Source of the DNA: Bryobacterales bacterium
GTDB lineage: Bacteria > Acidobacteriota > Terriglobia > Bryobacterales > Bryobacteraceae
Assembly (NCBI GenBank): GCA_963761855.1
Contig: CAVXJY010000007.1
Location: 28,470-92,469 of the forward strand
DNA length: 64,000 nt
Direction of reading: 5' to 3'
Positions within the stretch are counted from its first letter, which is position 1, and every line of letters starts with the position of its first letter. The position numbers were made by a program, and so were the translations under genes. The notes below the pieces were generated by a model, which ran no database searches, was not told the origin of the DNA, and saw nothing but the letters and a program-made list of their open reading frames with translations. Shown here piece after piece: positions 1-10,183 of the stretch.

Positions 1-428
1 ATGCGTTGCCGGCGGATTTCGAAATCACACCCGGACATCTCGACGAGATGGCGCGCTCGCAGGGCCTCGAAATCCAGCGCGGCGACGTCGTGCTGCTGCG
101 CACCGGTTGGGCGCGCTACTTCCACGATGCGGCGAAATTCGTCTCCGAAGTGCGCGGTCCCGGCCCAGCACGGCCAGGTGCGGAGTGGCTTAGCCGGCGC
201 GGAATCTTCGCTGCCGGATCGGATACCTTGGCGTTCGAGAAAATGCCCGATCCTGGCATGCCCGTGCACGTCCACCTGCTGGTGGAAAGCGGCATCCACA
301 TCCTTGAATGCCTGAACCTGGAGGAGTTGGCCGCTGCGGCTGTGTGGACTTTTCTGCTGGTGGCTGCCCCGCTGAAAATCCGCGGTGCAACCGGCGCACC
401 CGTGCGCCCGCTGGCAATTGTTCCGTAG
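1..428 (+). CDS. cyclase-family protein (kynurenine formamidase-like), C-terminal part; 5' end lies outside the window
   Basis: ORF 6..428 is open to the window edge. C-terminal pattern LLRTGW...GIFAAGSDTLAFEK...VHVHLLVESGIHILECLNLEEL resembles the PF04199 cyclase family. By-eye recognition only. Confidence 0.55.
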   Translation, partial: ALPADFEITPGHLDEMARSQGLEIQRGDVVLLRTGWARYFHDAAKFVSEVRGPGPARPGAEWLSRRGIFAAGSDTLAFEKMPDPGMPVHVHLLVESGIHILECLNLEELAAAAVWTFLLVAAPLKIRGATGAPVRPLAIVP

Positions 429-454
429 AGGCCGGACACGCCCGGCCTCCGCAC

Positions 455-2620
455 TTACTCCCTCACCGCAACCGTTTTCTCCAGCTTCACGTCCGCCGAG
501 GAGCTGCCCACCATCAGGCTCACCTGGCCGGCTTCTACATCCCAGCGCTCTCTGGCCATGTCCCAGTAAGCCAGCGTCTCCGCCTTCAGTGGCAGTGTGA
601 CCGTGCGCGTCTGGCCCGGCGCCAGTGTGACGCGGCGGAAGCCCTTGAGCTCTTTGAGCGGCCGCTCGACGCTGGAGTTGAGGTGCTTTACATAAAGTTG
701 CACCACTTCATCGCCCTGCCGGTTGCTTGTGTTAGTAACATCTACGCTGACGTTGATCTCGCCCCCGGCGGGCAATGTCGCAGCGCTGGTCCGCAGCTTG
801 GAATAACGGAACGTCGAGTAACTCAAGCCGTAACCGAAAGGATAAAGCGGTTCGCCTTGGAAATACATGTAAGTTCTGCCGTGGCGTATGTTGTAGTCCA
901 TCTTGGCCGGAACCTGGTCGAGCGAGCGCGGGAACGTCTGCACCAATCGGCCGCCGGGGTTGTAATCTCCGAACAGAACCGCAGCGATGGCGGAGCCTTC
1001 CTCCTGCGCGTTGTGCGTGATGTGTAGAATGGCCGGGACGTTCTGCTGGGTCCAGTTGATGGCGAACGGAAAACTGGAAACCAGCACCACAACCGTTTTG
1101 GGATTGGCCGCGTACACCTGTTTCACCAGCGCTTCCTGCTCCAGGTCGATCCACTTCCGGTCCATGGCTTCTTTGCCATCGCTGGGGGTTGGGCAGTGGG
1201 CCCACGGCGCGCCGCAAGTGGGATGATTGCCGACAAAGACAATCGCCACGTCGGATTCCCTGGCCGCATTCACTGCGGCATCGTCGTCGTTGTTGGCGGC
1301 ATAGTTGACCTTCACCGCCGCGCCGACTCTTTCCTTGATCCCGTCCAGCGGCGTGATCGTGTAAGGAGGCGTGCCGCTGTACCAGTCCAGCGCCACGCTG
1401 TTGGCGTGCGGACCGATCACGGCCACCGATTTCAGCGCGCTCCGGTCGAGCGGCAGCAAGCCACCGGCGTTCTTGAGCAGCACCACCGATTCGAGCGCCA
1501 CCTGCTTCGCCACCGCCTTGTGGTCGCCCAGCTTCCAGGCGTCGTCATCGCCCTTGATCTTGGTGTAAGCAACCCGCTCGGGAGGGTCGAGCATGCCGAG
1601 CTTGATCATCACGCGGAACTCGTTCTCCAGCACCGCGTCGATCTCGGGTTCGGTCAGCAGATTCTCCTGCAGCGCCTGGCGCACAGCAGCGCCGAAGATG
1701 CGGTCGAGGAACTGGTTGATGCCCGCCTTGACGGCGCCCGCCGCGGCGTGCGGCAGGTCGGCGTAATACTTATGGAATCTCACCATGTTCCCCAGGGCCC
1801 CGGCATCGGTGCAGATGATGCCGTCCTGCCCCCATTCCTTGACGGTGATGTCTTTCAAAATGGGATTCACCGTCATTGGAATTCCGTTCATGGCGTTGTA
1901 GGCCGCCATGTATGCGCGCGATCCGCCTTCCATCACGCCCATGCGGAAGGGCACGGAATAGTATTCGCGCAGCAGCCGCTCATCGAAATTGGAAGACGAT
2001 CCGTCGCGGCCGTCCTCGTTGCTGTTGGCCAGAAAATGTTTCATCAGCGAAGCCGTCAGCCAATATTTCGGGTCGTCGCCCTGAAGGCCCTTAACCATCG
2101 CCACCACCATGGTCCCGTTGAAGAACGGGTCCTCGCCGAAGCATTCCTCGGTGCGCCCCCAGCGCGGGTCGCGGCCCAGGTCGGCGTTCGGCGCGCGGAC
2201 CACCAATCCGCCGCGGTGCGTCTTCTCGCTCTGGTAGATGTAGCGCGTCTCGTAGCCTTCCACGCCGCCGGCTTTGCGCACCAGGTCCGGATCCCATGTC
2301 TCGCCCATGCCGATCGCCTGCGCGAACTGGGTTGTCGGGATGGGCGAGGGCCGTCCCCAGCCGCCGGGTCCGCCCAGCGCCAGGCCGTGTAACCCTTCGA
2401 CGTGGCGCGTACCGTGAATGCCCAGGCGCGGCACGCTGGGATCGGTGCCCAGGCAATGAATCTTTTCATCCACCGTCATCAGCGAGACGATGTTGCGGAC
2501 CCGCGCCTCGATCGAAAGATCCGGGTTTTGAAATGGATATTGATACTGGGCCGAGGCGGTTACCGTGCCCCACGCTGCCAGCAGGCACAGCCCGCCCACC
2601 AGATGCACCGCATTCTTCAT
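455..2620 (-). CDS. glycoside hydrolase family 3 (beta-glucosidase/beta-xylosidase type), secreted
   Basis: ORF 455..2647. GH3 signatures GRDPRWGRTEECFGEDP and KHFLANSNE. The internal ATG at 2620 is preceded by AAGGAG 8 nt upstream and gives signal peptide MKNAVHLVGGLCLLAAWGTVTASA. The longest-ORF start at 2647 is the alternative. Confidence 0.85.
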   Translation of the reverse strand: MKNAVHLVGGLCLLAAWGTVTASAQYQYPFQNPDLSIEARVRNIVSLMTVDEKIHCLGTDPSVPRLGIHGTRHVEGLHGLALGGPGGWGRPSPIPTTQFAQAIGMGETWDPDLVRKAGGVEGYETRYIYQSEKTHRGGLVVRAPNADLGRDPRWGRTEECFGEDPFFNGTMVVAMVKGLQGDDPKYWLTASLMKHFLANSNEDGRDGSSSNFDERLLREYYSVPFRMGVMEGGSRAYMAAYNAMNGIPMTVNPILKDITVKEWGQDGIICTDAGALGNMVRFHKYYADLPHAAAGAVKAGINQFLDRIFGAAVRQALQENLLTEPEIDAVLENEFRVMIKLGMLDPPERVAYTKIKGDDDAWKLGDHKAVAKQVALESVVLLKNAGGLLPLDRSALKSVAVIGPHANSVALDWYSGTPPYTITPLDGIKERVGAAVKVNYAANNDDDAAVNAARESDVAIVFVGNHPTCGAPWAHCPTPSDGKEAMDRKWIDLEQEALVKQVYAANPKTVVVLVSSFPFAINWTQQNVPAILHITHNAQEEGSAIAAVLFGDYNPGGRLVQTFPRSLDQVPAKMDYNIRHGRTYMYFQGEPLYPFGYGLSYSTFRYSKLRTSAATLPAGGEINVSVDVTNTSNRQGDEVVQLYVKHLNSSVERPLKELKGFRRVTLAPGQTRTVTLPLKAETLAYWDMARERWDVEAGQVSLMVGSSSADVKLEKTVAVRE

Positions 2621-2680
2621 GACGATGGCTCCTTGAGATGCACTCATGATGGTAACTCAGCTCGTGAGTTTGCCGGGCGT

Positions 2681-2686
2681 TATAAT
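2681..2686 (+). promoter_or_regulatory. perfect TATAAT hexamer ending 6 nt upstream of the GH31 start codon (possible -10 box, near-leaderless mRNA)
   Basis: TATAAT at 2681-2686, ATG at 2693. No convincing -35 or SD seen. Sits in a 72-bp divergent GH3/GH31 spacer. Confidence 0.25.
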
Positions 2687-2692
2687 CCGGAA

Positions 2693-5083
2693 ATGCCTAA
2701 CCATCGGACCTGCGCGGTGCCGCGCCTTGCCAATCGTCCTCGCCGTTCCCGCGGGGAAGCATGGCTGCTCACCCTCACCGCTCTTTTGCTGTTCACCGGC
2801 CCGGCCGGCGCGCAATGGATTCCGCAGAACCCGGTGACGAGTTTTGCCAAGCAGGCCGATGGCGTCGTCTTCACCATGCAGACCGGAGCCCTGCGCATCC
2901 TGGTCTCGACCGATTCCATCTTTCACATCACTTATGCACCGACCGCGGTCTTTCCAAGCCGCACCGACTACGTAGTCATCAAGACCTCCTGGCCGGCCGT
3001 GCCGTTCACCGTGACCGAAACACCGCGCGCCGTTTTGATTTCGACCGCCCGCATGCGCGTGGCCGTGAACCGCGCCGATGGTGCGCTCGCCTACGCGGAA
3101 GCTTCCGGCCGCCCCCTCGTGCAGGAAGGCCCCAACACGCTCACCCCGGTTACCGTGAATGGCGAAAAAACCTATCACGCCGAGGCTTTCATCGGCCTCT
3201 GGGGATCCACTGAGGCATTCTATGGGTTGGGCCAACACCAGGCCGGTGTGTGGAACTATCACGGCGAATCGGTCGACATCGCCCAAGATAATACCAACAT
3301 CTCCGTGCCCATGCTGCTTTCGAGTAAGGGCTATGGCATCTTTTGGAACAACACCTCGCGCAGCCGGTTCAACAACCGCTTCGTGCATGCCATGTACATC
3401 ACCTCGGAAGTCGCCGACTCGATCGACTATTACTTTTTCTACGGGCCGGACTTCGATAAGATCATCGCCGGCTATCGCGAGCTGACCGGCCAGGCGCCGC
3501 TATTCGGCCGATGGGCCTATGGTTTCTGGCAATGTAAGAACAAGTACCAGAGTCAGCAGGAACTGCTGGCCGTGGCGCATAAGTACCGCGAGCTCCACAT
3601 TCCCGCCGATAACATCGTCCAGGACTGGTTCTGGTGGACCACCATGGGTTCCTTCAAGTTCAGCGATAAGTATCCCAACCCGAAGGAAATGATGGACGAC
3701 TTACACGCCATTCATTTTCACTTGATGATTTCCGTGTGGCCTTACTTCTATCCCGGCTCCGACGTTTACACCGATATGGACCGCAAAGGTTTCTTTATCG
3801 ACCGCACGAAGGTGGGGGCTTTTCATCCCAAGGGATCGGCGCTCTACGATGCCACCAACCCGGAAGCGCGCAAATACTATTGGAACCTGATCGATAACTC
3901 TCTTTTCAAGATTGGCGCAGACGCCTGGTGGATGGATACCACAGAGCCCGAGACCGAGGGCCGCGAGGACAACGTGATGGTGACTAACCACGTGTTCGCC
4001 GGCAACGGCGCCCGCTATGCCAATATTTTCCCGCTTATGACCACCAAGGCCGTGTACGACGGGCAGCGCGCCGCCTCAGACCAGAAGCGCGTCTTCATTC
4101 TCTCCCGCTCCGCATTTGCCGGTTCGCAGCGCAATGCGGTCACGGCATGGTCGGGGGACGTCAATTCGGATTGGGAGAGCTTTCGCCGGCAGATTCCCGC
4201 CGGACTGAATTACTCGTTGTCCGGATTGCCTTACTGGACCACCGATATTGGCGGCTTCACCGACGGGAACCCCAATGATCCGGCTTACCGGGAGCTTTTC
4301 ATCCGCTGGTTCCAGTTTGGCACGTTCTGCCCCATCTTCCGCGTGCATGGAACCCGCACCAATGGGCAGAACGAGCTGTGGTCCTATGGGCCGGAGGCGC
4401 AGAAGATTCTCACCGCGTACGACACCCTGCGCTATGAGTTGCTGCCCTACACTTACTCCCTGGCTTGGAAGACCACTAACGAAGCGTATACGCCGATGCG
4501 GCCGCTGGTGATGGATTTCCGCACCGACGTGCGCGCCGAGGACATCGGCAACCAGTATCTTTATGGGCCGTCTATCCTGGTGAATCCGGTTACGGAACCG
4601 GCCGCCACCACGCGCCCCCTCTATTTGCCGAAGACCGAGTGGTACGACTTCTGGACCGGCAAGACGATCGAGGGCGGCAAGGCGATCGATGGACCGGTGA
4701 CGCTTGACCGCATTCCACTTTACGTGCGCGCCGGTTCCATCGTTCCCATCGGCCCTGACGAGGAGTGGGCCGCCGAGAAGCCGGCTGCCCCAATAGAACT
4801 GCGCATCTATCGCGGCGCCAACGCCAGCTTCACCTTATACGAAGACCAAAACGACACCTATAACTACGAGAAGGGCGTCTATGCCACCATTCCGATCGAG
4901 TGGAACCAGACTGCCCAAACCCTTACCATCGGTGACCGTCACGGCACCTTCCCCGGCATGCCCACCGCCCGCCAGTTCAAGATAGTCTTTGTCAGCGAGA
5001 ACCATGGCACCGGCGTTGGTGCTACGCCAAAGGTGGACCGTGAAGTGTCTTACGAGGGTAAGGCAGTAACTGTCAAGCCTTGA
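2693..5083 (+). CDS. glycoside hydrolase family 31 (alpha-xylosidase/alpha-glucosidase type), secreted
   Basis: ORF 2402..5083. The part upstream of 2693 overlaps the GH3 gene. From ATG 2693: signal-like LLTLTALLLFTGPAGAQ, GH31-like core (WQCKNKYQSQ, DAWWMDTTEPE, IFRVHGT) and a C-terminal TLYEDQNDTYNYEKG domain. Confidence 0.85.
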   Translation: MPNHRTCAVPRLANRPRRSRGEAWLLTLTALLLFTGPAGAQWIPQNPVTSFAKQADGVVFTMQTGALRILVSTDSIFHITYAPTAVFPSRTDYVVIKTSWPAVPFTVTETPRAVLISTARMRVAVNRADGALAYAEASGRPLVQEGPNTLTPVTVNGEKTYHAEAFIGLWGSTEAFYGLGQHQAGVWNYHGESVDIAQDNTNISVPMLLSSKGYGIFWNNTSRSRFNNRFVHAMYITSEVADSIDYYFFYGPDFDKIIAGYRELTGQAPLFGRWAYGFWQCKNKYQSQQELLAVAHKYRELHIPADNIVQDWFWWTTMGSFKFSDKYPNPKEMMDDLHAIHFHLMISVWPYFYPGSDVYTDMDRKGFFIDRTKVGAFHPKGSALYDATNPEARKYYWNLIDNSLFKIGADAWWMDTTEPETEGREDNVMVTNHVFAGNGARYANIFPLMTTKAVYDGQRAASDQKRVFILSRSAFAGSQRNAVTAWSGDVNSDWESFRRQIPAGLNYSLSGLPYWTTDIGGFTDGNPNDPAYRELFIRWFQFGTFCPIFRVHGTRTNGQNELWSYGPEAQKILTAYDTLRYELLPYTYSLAWKTTNEAYTPMRPLVMDFRTDVRAEDIGNQYLYGPSILVNPVTEPAATTRPLYLPKTEWYDFWTGKTIEGGKAIDGPVTLDRIPLYVRAGSIVPIGPDEEWAAEKPAAPIELRIYRGANASFTLYEDQNDTYNYEKGVYATIPIEWNQTAQTLTIGDRHGTFPGMPTARQFKIVFVSENHGTGVGATPKVDREVSYEGKAVTVKP

Positions 5084-5142
5084 TGGAGGCTATGCTTGGG
5101 GGTGCGGATCTGCCGGTTTGCCCGAAGGCCCGGCCAGCCTCC

Positions 5143-6666
5143 TTACCTGCCGGTGGTCTCCAGTTCCGCCAACGCCTCGCCGGTGACTTTTTCTACGTCG
5201 GCATGGAGGCTGTTGCCATGCGCGTCCATAGTTACGATGGCCGGGAAGTCCTTGGCGCGAAGGTGCCACATAGCCTCGGGGATGCCGAACTCCATCAGGT
5301 GCACATCAAGCACCTCGGGCAACGTGCGCGCATAATACTGTGCCGCGCCGCCGATTGCATTCAAATACACCGCGCCCGATTCCTGCAGCGCGGCCAGCGT
5401 CTTGGGTCCCATGCCACCTTTGCCGATGACGGCGCGCACGCCGTAGTGTTTGATGACATCGGCCTGGTAAGGTTCTTCCCGAATGCTGGTGGTGGGGCCG
5501 GCGGCTTTCACCTTCCAACGCCCTTCTTCCTGCAGCATCACCGGTCCGCAGTGATACAGCACCGCGCCATGCAAATCCACCGGCGAAGGGTTCTTCATCA
5601 AGTAGGCGTGTACGTTGTCGCGCCCCGTGTACATTTCGCCGCTGATCAGCACCACGTCGCCCACTTTGAGGGCGCGGACCTGCGCCTCGGTGAGTGGCGC
5701 GGTGAGAATCACTTCGCGGCCGGTCAGCGGGATACCTTCGCCGCGCGCCATGCGTGCCACCGGGCGCGCCGGGTCGCGGTACAGCCATTCGGTAATGGCA
5801 CCCGTTGAGGCGTCGAGGCGCACGCCCAGACGGCGGAACGCCCAGCATTCATAGGCCACCGAAACGAAAAAGCTCGCCGGCAGACGATTGGCGGCGGTGA
5901 TCTTGCATCCGATCAGGGAAGCTTTTCCGCCGAAGCCCATGGCGCCCACACCCAGGCGGTTGGCCTCCTCCATGATTTCCACTTCCAACTTGGCGAGCAC
6001 TGGGTCGGGGTTTACATCGTCGATCGTACGAAATAGCTGGCTCTTGGCAAGTTCGTATCCGTGCGCACGGTCGCCGCCAATGCACACGCCGATGGCGCCC
6101 GGCGCACAGCCTTGTCCCTGCGCTTGCCACACCGCGTGCAGAATGCACTTGCGCACGCCTTCCAGGTTGCGGTCGGCGCGACCCAGGTGATCCAGGTTCG
6201 CCGGCACCGAATATTGAATGTTCTTGTTTTCGCAGCCGCCGCCTTTGAGAATCAGCTTGATTTCGATCTCGTCTTCTTCCCACTGCTCGAAGTGCATCAC
6301 CGGAGTTTCCGGCCCCAGGTTGTTGCCGCTGTTCTTGCCGGTAATCGAATCCACCGAATTGGGACGCAACTTCCCCAGCCGGGTGGCTTCCGACACCGCT
6401 TCGCGAATCGCCTTCTTGAGGACGATCTGGTTGAATCCCACGGGCGTGTGAATTAAGAAGGTGGGCATGCCGGTGTCCTGGCAGATGGGGCCTTCGTCAT
6501 CGTGCGCCATGTCGATATTGGTCAGAATGATGTCGAGGGCTTGCGAGGATTGCGTATGCGGCGTTTCGCCGGCCGCGGCGATTCCCATCGCATGGCGTAC
6601 GTCCGGCGGCAGGTTGGTGGATGTCTGGACCACCAGTTCCAGGAGACTGTTGGCAAGGAATTTCAT
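5143..6666 (-). CDS. class I (Fe-S) fumarate hydratase, fused alpha+beta type
   Basis: 507 aa. N-terminal PICQDTGMPTF motif and the C-terminal beta-domain pattern are typical of the class I fumarase / tartrate dehydratase family. Confidence 0.85.
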   Translation of the reverse strand: MKFLANSLLELVVQTSTNLPPDVRHAMGIAAAGETPHTQSSQALDIILTNIDMAHDDEGPICQDTGMPTFLIHTPVGFNQIVLKKAIREAVSEATRLGKLRPNSVDSITGKNSGNNLGPETPVMHFEQWEEDEIEIKLILKGGGCENKNIQYSVPANLDHLGRADRNLEGVRKCILHAVWQAQGQGCAPGAIGVCIGGDRAHGYELAKSQLFRTIDDVNPDPVLAKLEVEIMEEANRLGVGAMGFGGKASLIGCKITAANRLPASFFVSVAYECWAFRRLGVRLDASTGAITEWLYRDPARPVARMARGEGIPLTGREVILTAPLTEAQVRALKVGDVVLISGEMYTGRDNVHAYLMKNPSPVDLHGAVLYHCGPVMLQEEGRWKVKAAGPTTSIREEPYQADVIKHYGVRAVIGKGGMGPKTLAALQESGAVYLNAIGGAAQYYARTLPEVLDVHLMEFGIPEAMWHLRAKDFPAIVTMDAHGNSLHADVEKVTGEALAELETTGR

Positions 6667-6729
6667 AGTGACAACTCCATTTTAAGCCTGCGCGCAGTGG
6701 CCGGCTGGCGTGGTAAACTTTACGGAACT

Positions 6730-7200
6730 ATGAATCCGTACGCCAGGTTTCTGGGAGATCGCGACCCGCTTGCGGTGATCCAGGCCACGCCACAGGAGTT
6801 GGAAAGCGCGATCAAACGGTTAACGCCCGAGCGCGTGGGTGTTGCGCCCGCTCCGGGAAAGTGGAGTGCGCGTGAAATCGCCTGCCACCTTGCGGATTGC
6901 GAATTGGTCTTCGCATTTCGTTTCCGGCAGACCTTGGCGGATCCGAACCACATCATCCAGCCCTTCGATCAGGAAAAGTGGGCGGCCGTGTATGGCACCT
7001 ACGATGCGTTAGCGGCAGTCGCCGCGTTCTCGGCTACGCGCCGGTGGAATCTGCTTTTTCTGAAGGCGCTGCGGCCCGAGGCATTCTCGACGCCGGTCAC
7101 CCATCCGGAGCGCGGCACCATGACCTTGCGGACCATTGTCGAAACCGTGGCGGGTCACGACCTCAACCACCTGGCGCAAATTGGGGCGCTGGCGTCGTAA
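6730..7200 (+). CDS. DinB-family protein
   Basis: ORF 6502..7200. In-frame ATG at 6730 gives a 156-aa protein with the DinB-like pattern (WSAREIACHLADCELV ... AGHDLNHLAQI). Confidence 0.7.
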   Translation: MNPYARFLGDRDPLAVIQATPQELESAIKRLTPERVGVAPAPGKWSAREIACHLADCELVFAFRFRQTLADPNHIIQPFDQEKWAAVYGTYDALAAVAAFSATRRWNLLFLKALRPEAFSTPVTHPERGTMTLRTIVETVAGHDLNHLAQIGALAS

Positions 7201-7307
7201 ACGGGGATCGCGGCGGAGAAGCCGACGGCCGGGCTTGGTGCCGGGCTGCGTCGAATGGCTTTCGGTGCGCAGGTTGGCCAACCAGCCCCACTAGAAACGC
7301 GCGCCGG

Positions 7308-10112
7308 TTAGTGGACACCGGTTTCGACGGGCTGCGGGGCCGGCTGCTTATGTTTGCACTCGGCATTGGGACATTGCCAGAAGGTGCCGGCCTTGAGCCA
7401 TTTTTCGATCATGTACGGGCTGCCGCACTCGGGGCATTTCTCAGGCACCGGCTTGCCCCAGGCGACAAAATCGCACTTGGGCCAGCGGTTGCATCCGTAA
7501 AATGTCTTGCCGCGCTTGGAGCGCCGTTCCACCACTTCGCCTTCATTGCACTCCGGGCACTTCACGCCGATGGTTTTCTGCTTGACATATTTGCAGGTGG
7601 GGTAATTGCTGCAAGCCGTGAATTCGCCGAAGCGGCCGGTCTTGAGCGCCAGGTTGTTGCCGCATTCCGGGCAGAGTTCATCGAGCTTCTGGTCGGGCTT
7701 CTTTTGCGCGCCGCCGATCTGCTTGGTGGTCTTACAATCCGGATAACCGGTACAGGCGTAGAAGGTGCCGAAGCGGCCCTTCTTTAATACCATGGGCCGG
7801 CCGCAGTTCTCGCAGTACTCCTCTTCGCCCTGCTCGCTCAGGTTCGCTTTGTCCAAGTCCGGCAGATCGACCTGTAACTCGCGGGTGTAAGTGCAGAAGC
7901 TCTCTTTCCTCTGCCAGGACAACGCGGCGCCCTCGGCTGTGTCTCGCAGGCCCAGGTCATAGAAGTCGTTCATCTGGGGATAGCGAGCCTGAATCTTTTC
8001 GAGGCGCTGCTCGATCTGTTTGCGATCCTCCAGCCGACGGCTCTCGATTTTCTCCTCGTGATTTTTCAGGACCGCCTTCATGGCTTTTGGCGGGCGGAAA
8101 CCATCGGTGACGAGGAATCTGCCGGGATCGTCCCACCTGAGCGCCGCCTCAGGATACCGGGCCCGGAGCTTTGCCACGTACTTCTCGATTTCCTTGCGAG
8201 CCCTTAGGCCCCGGGTGGCAATCTCTTTTTCCAGCTTCTCCAGATCGGATTCCGCGCTCTTGGAGGGGAAGTCGGGGTAGCCGGTGCAGGCGAGAAAACT
8301 GCCATGTCTCCCCCACTTAACAACCAGCGGCTTGCCGCACTTCTCGCAGGTCAAGTCGGTGGGCTTTTCCATCCGCTTGATGTCGGTCATGTGCTCTTCG
8401 GCGTGCTTCAGATCCTTGTCGAAGCGCTCATAGAACTCCTGCATCGCGATGCGCCAGTCGATCTTGCCTTCTTCGATCTCGTCGAGTTCCTCCTCCATGC
8501 GCGCGGTGTAGGTCACATCGAAGATGTCGTCGAAGCTCTCCAGCAGCAGGTCGGTCACCACCATGCCGAGCTCAGTGGGCGTGAATCGGCCGCCGTCTTT
8601 CTTGACGTACTCGCGCTCCTGAATGGTGGAGATGATCGAAGCGTAGGTGGAAGGCCGCCCCACGCCGTCGGCTTCCAGGCGCTTCACCAGGGTGGCTTCG
8701 TTATAGCGCGGCGGCGGCTCGGTAAAGTGCTGTTCCGGCCGGATGCCTTTGAACCGGAGGCTCTCGCCTTCGGCCACTAACGGGAGGCGGTGCCCCTCCT
8801 CCTCGTCTTCCTCATCGATCTGGTCCTTGCCCTCCCGGTAGACCTTGAGGAAGCCCTCAAACTTCAGCACCGACCCGGTGGCGCGAAACATGTATTCGTG
8901 GCCGTTCTTACCTTTGGCGCCCACGTCGATGGTGGTCAGATCGTAGAGCGCCGGCATCATCTGGCTGGCTACGAAACGGTTCCAGATCAGCCGGTACACC
9001 TTTCGTTCGTCTTCCTGGAGGTATTTATCCACGACCTCCGGTGCATAGGCCATCGAAGTGGGGCGAACCGCTTCATGAGCGTCCTGCGCTCCCTTTTTGG
9101 ATTTGTAGACGGTCGGCGTATCGGGCAGGAACTCGCGGCCGTAGCGCTCGCCGATGAAATCGCGCACATCGCGGACGGCATCCTCGGAAACGCGCGTGGA
9201 ATCCGTGCGCATGTACGTGATGAGGCCGACCGTATCTTTGCCCACTTCCACGCCCTCGTACAGCCGCTGTGCCAGCATCATGGTGCGCTTCACGCTGAAG
9301 CGCAGCTTGCGCGACGATTCCTGCTGCAAGGTGGAGGTGATGAAGGGAGCCACTGGGAAACGCCGCTTTTCACGCGTTGAAACCGATTGCACCGTGTAGG
9401 CGGCGCCATCGAGCGCAGCCACCACGCCGTCGGCCGCCTCGGTCGAGCCGATCTCCGCGGTCTGGCCGTTGATGCGTGCCAGCCGTGCAGTCAGCATCGG
9501 CGGCTTCTTCGCCACTAGGTCCGCATCGATGGTCCAATATTCCTTGGCAATGAAGGCGCGGATCTCGCGCTCGCGTTCCACGATCACCCGCAGCGCCACC
9601 GTCTGCACCCGGCCGGCGGAGAGACCGCGCCGCACTTTATCCCACAGCAGCGGCGAAATCTTGTAGCCCACCAGCCGGTCCAGCACGCGGCGCGCCTGCT
9701 GCGCATCCACCAGGTTAATGTCCACCTGGCCCGGCTTTTCGAAGGCCTTGGCGATGGCTTTCTTGGTGATCTCGTTGAACATCACGCGGTAGATCCGCGG
9801 CCCGTTCTTTTTCTCGGAAAGCTCTTCCTGCAGGTGGAAGCAGATGGCTTCGCCTTCGCGGTCGGGGTCGGCCGCCAGATACACGTCTTTCACCTTCTTG
9901 GCGGCTTGTTTCAGCTCGGCGACCAACTTCTTCTTGCCTTCGATGACTTCGTAGCGAGGTTCGAACCCCCGCTCCACGTCGACCGCCAGATCCCGCTTAG
10001 GTAAGTCTTTAATATGACCGAGCGAAGCTTTGACGAGAAAGTCCTTGCCCAGGTATTTGTTGATGGTCTTCGCCTTAGCGGGCGATTCCACGATTACCAG
10101 AGCTTTTGCCAT
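7308..10112 (-). CDS. topA: DNA topoisomerase I, with four C-terminal Zn ribbons and a ~125-aa insertion in the first one
   Basis: 934 aa. TOPRIM start MAKALVIVESPAKAKTI, catalytic region ITYMRTDSTR, and repeated C-x2-C...C-x(4-6)-C ribbons at the C-terminus. Confidence 0.95.
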   Translation of the reverse strand: MAKALVIVESPAKAKTINKYLGKDFLVKASLGHIKDLPKRDLAVDVERGFEPRYEVIEGKKKLVAELKQAAKKVKDVYLAADPDREGEAICFHLQEELSEKKNGPRIYRVMFNEITKKAIAKAFEKPGQVDINLVDAQQARRVLDRLVGYKISPLLWDKVRRGLSAGRVQTVALRVIVEREREIRAFIAKEYWTIDADLVAKKPPMLTARLARINGQTAEIGSTEAADGVVAALDGAAYTVQSVSTREKRRFPVAPFITSTLQQESSRKLRFSVKRTMMLAQRLYEGVEVGKDTVGLITYMRTDSTRVSEDAVRDVRDFIGERYGREFLPDTPTVYKSKKGAQDAHEAVRPTSMAYAPEVVDKYLQEDERKVYRLIWNRFVASQMMPALYDLTTIDVGAKGKNGHEYMFRATGSVLKFEGFLKVYREGKDQIDEEDEEEGHRLPLVAEGESLRFKGIRPEQHFTEPPPRYNEATLVKRLEADGVGRPSTYASIISTIQEREYVKKDGGRFTPTELGMVVTDLLLESFDDIFDVTYTARMEEELDEIEEGKIDWRIAMQEFYERFDKDLKHAEEHMTDIKRMEKPTDLTCEKCGKPLVVKWGRHGSFLACTGYPDFPSKSAESDLEKLEKEIATRGLRARKEIEKYVAKLRARYPEAALRWDDPGRFLVTDGFRPPKAMKAVLKNHEEKIESRRLEDRKQIEQRLEKIQARYPQMNDFYDLGLRDTAEGAALSWQRKESFCTYTRELQVDLPDLDKANLSEQGEEEYCENCGRPMVLKKGRFGTFYACTGYPDCKTTKQIGGAQKKPDQKLDELCPECGNNLALKTGRFGEFTACSNYPTCKYVKQKTIGVKCPECNEGEVVERRSKRGKTFYGCNRWPKCDFVAWGKPVPEKCPECGSPYMIEKWLKAGTFWQCPNAECKHKQPAPQPVETGVH

Positions 10113-10183
10113 ATATGCCGTTCTTTAAAAACAGTCCATCCCTGCCACCGGTGAAAATGAATTTGCCGGGAACCCAGACTGCG

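Noticed and set aside
1196-2392. 398-aa plus-strand ORF opposite the GH3 gene
   Set aside because: Shadow ORF inside a gene with clear GH3 motifs on the other strand.
2402-2692. 97-codon N-terminal extension of the GH31 ORF
   Set aside because: It overlaps the divergent GH3 gene and has no signal peptide. ATG 2693 gives a plausible secreted N-terminus.
5085-5142. Nested hairpin (GGAGGCT...AGCCTCC with inner GCCGG...CCGGC) between convergent GH31 and fumarase genes as an intrinsic terminator
   Set aside because: There is no flanking T/A tract and the loop is long, so the evidence is too weak to annotate.
5080-5808. 242-aa plus-strand ORF opposite the fumarate hydratase gene
   Set aside because: Shadow ORF inside a gene with clear class I fumarase motifs.
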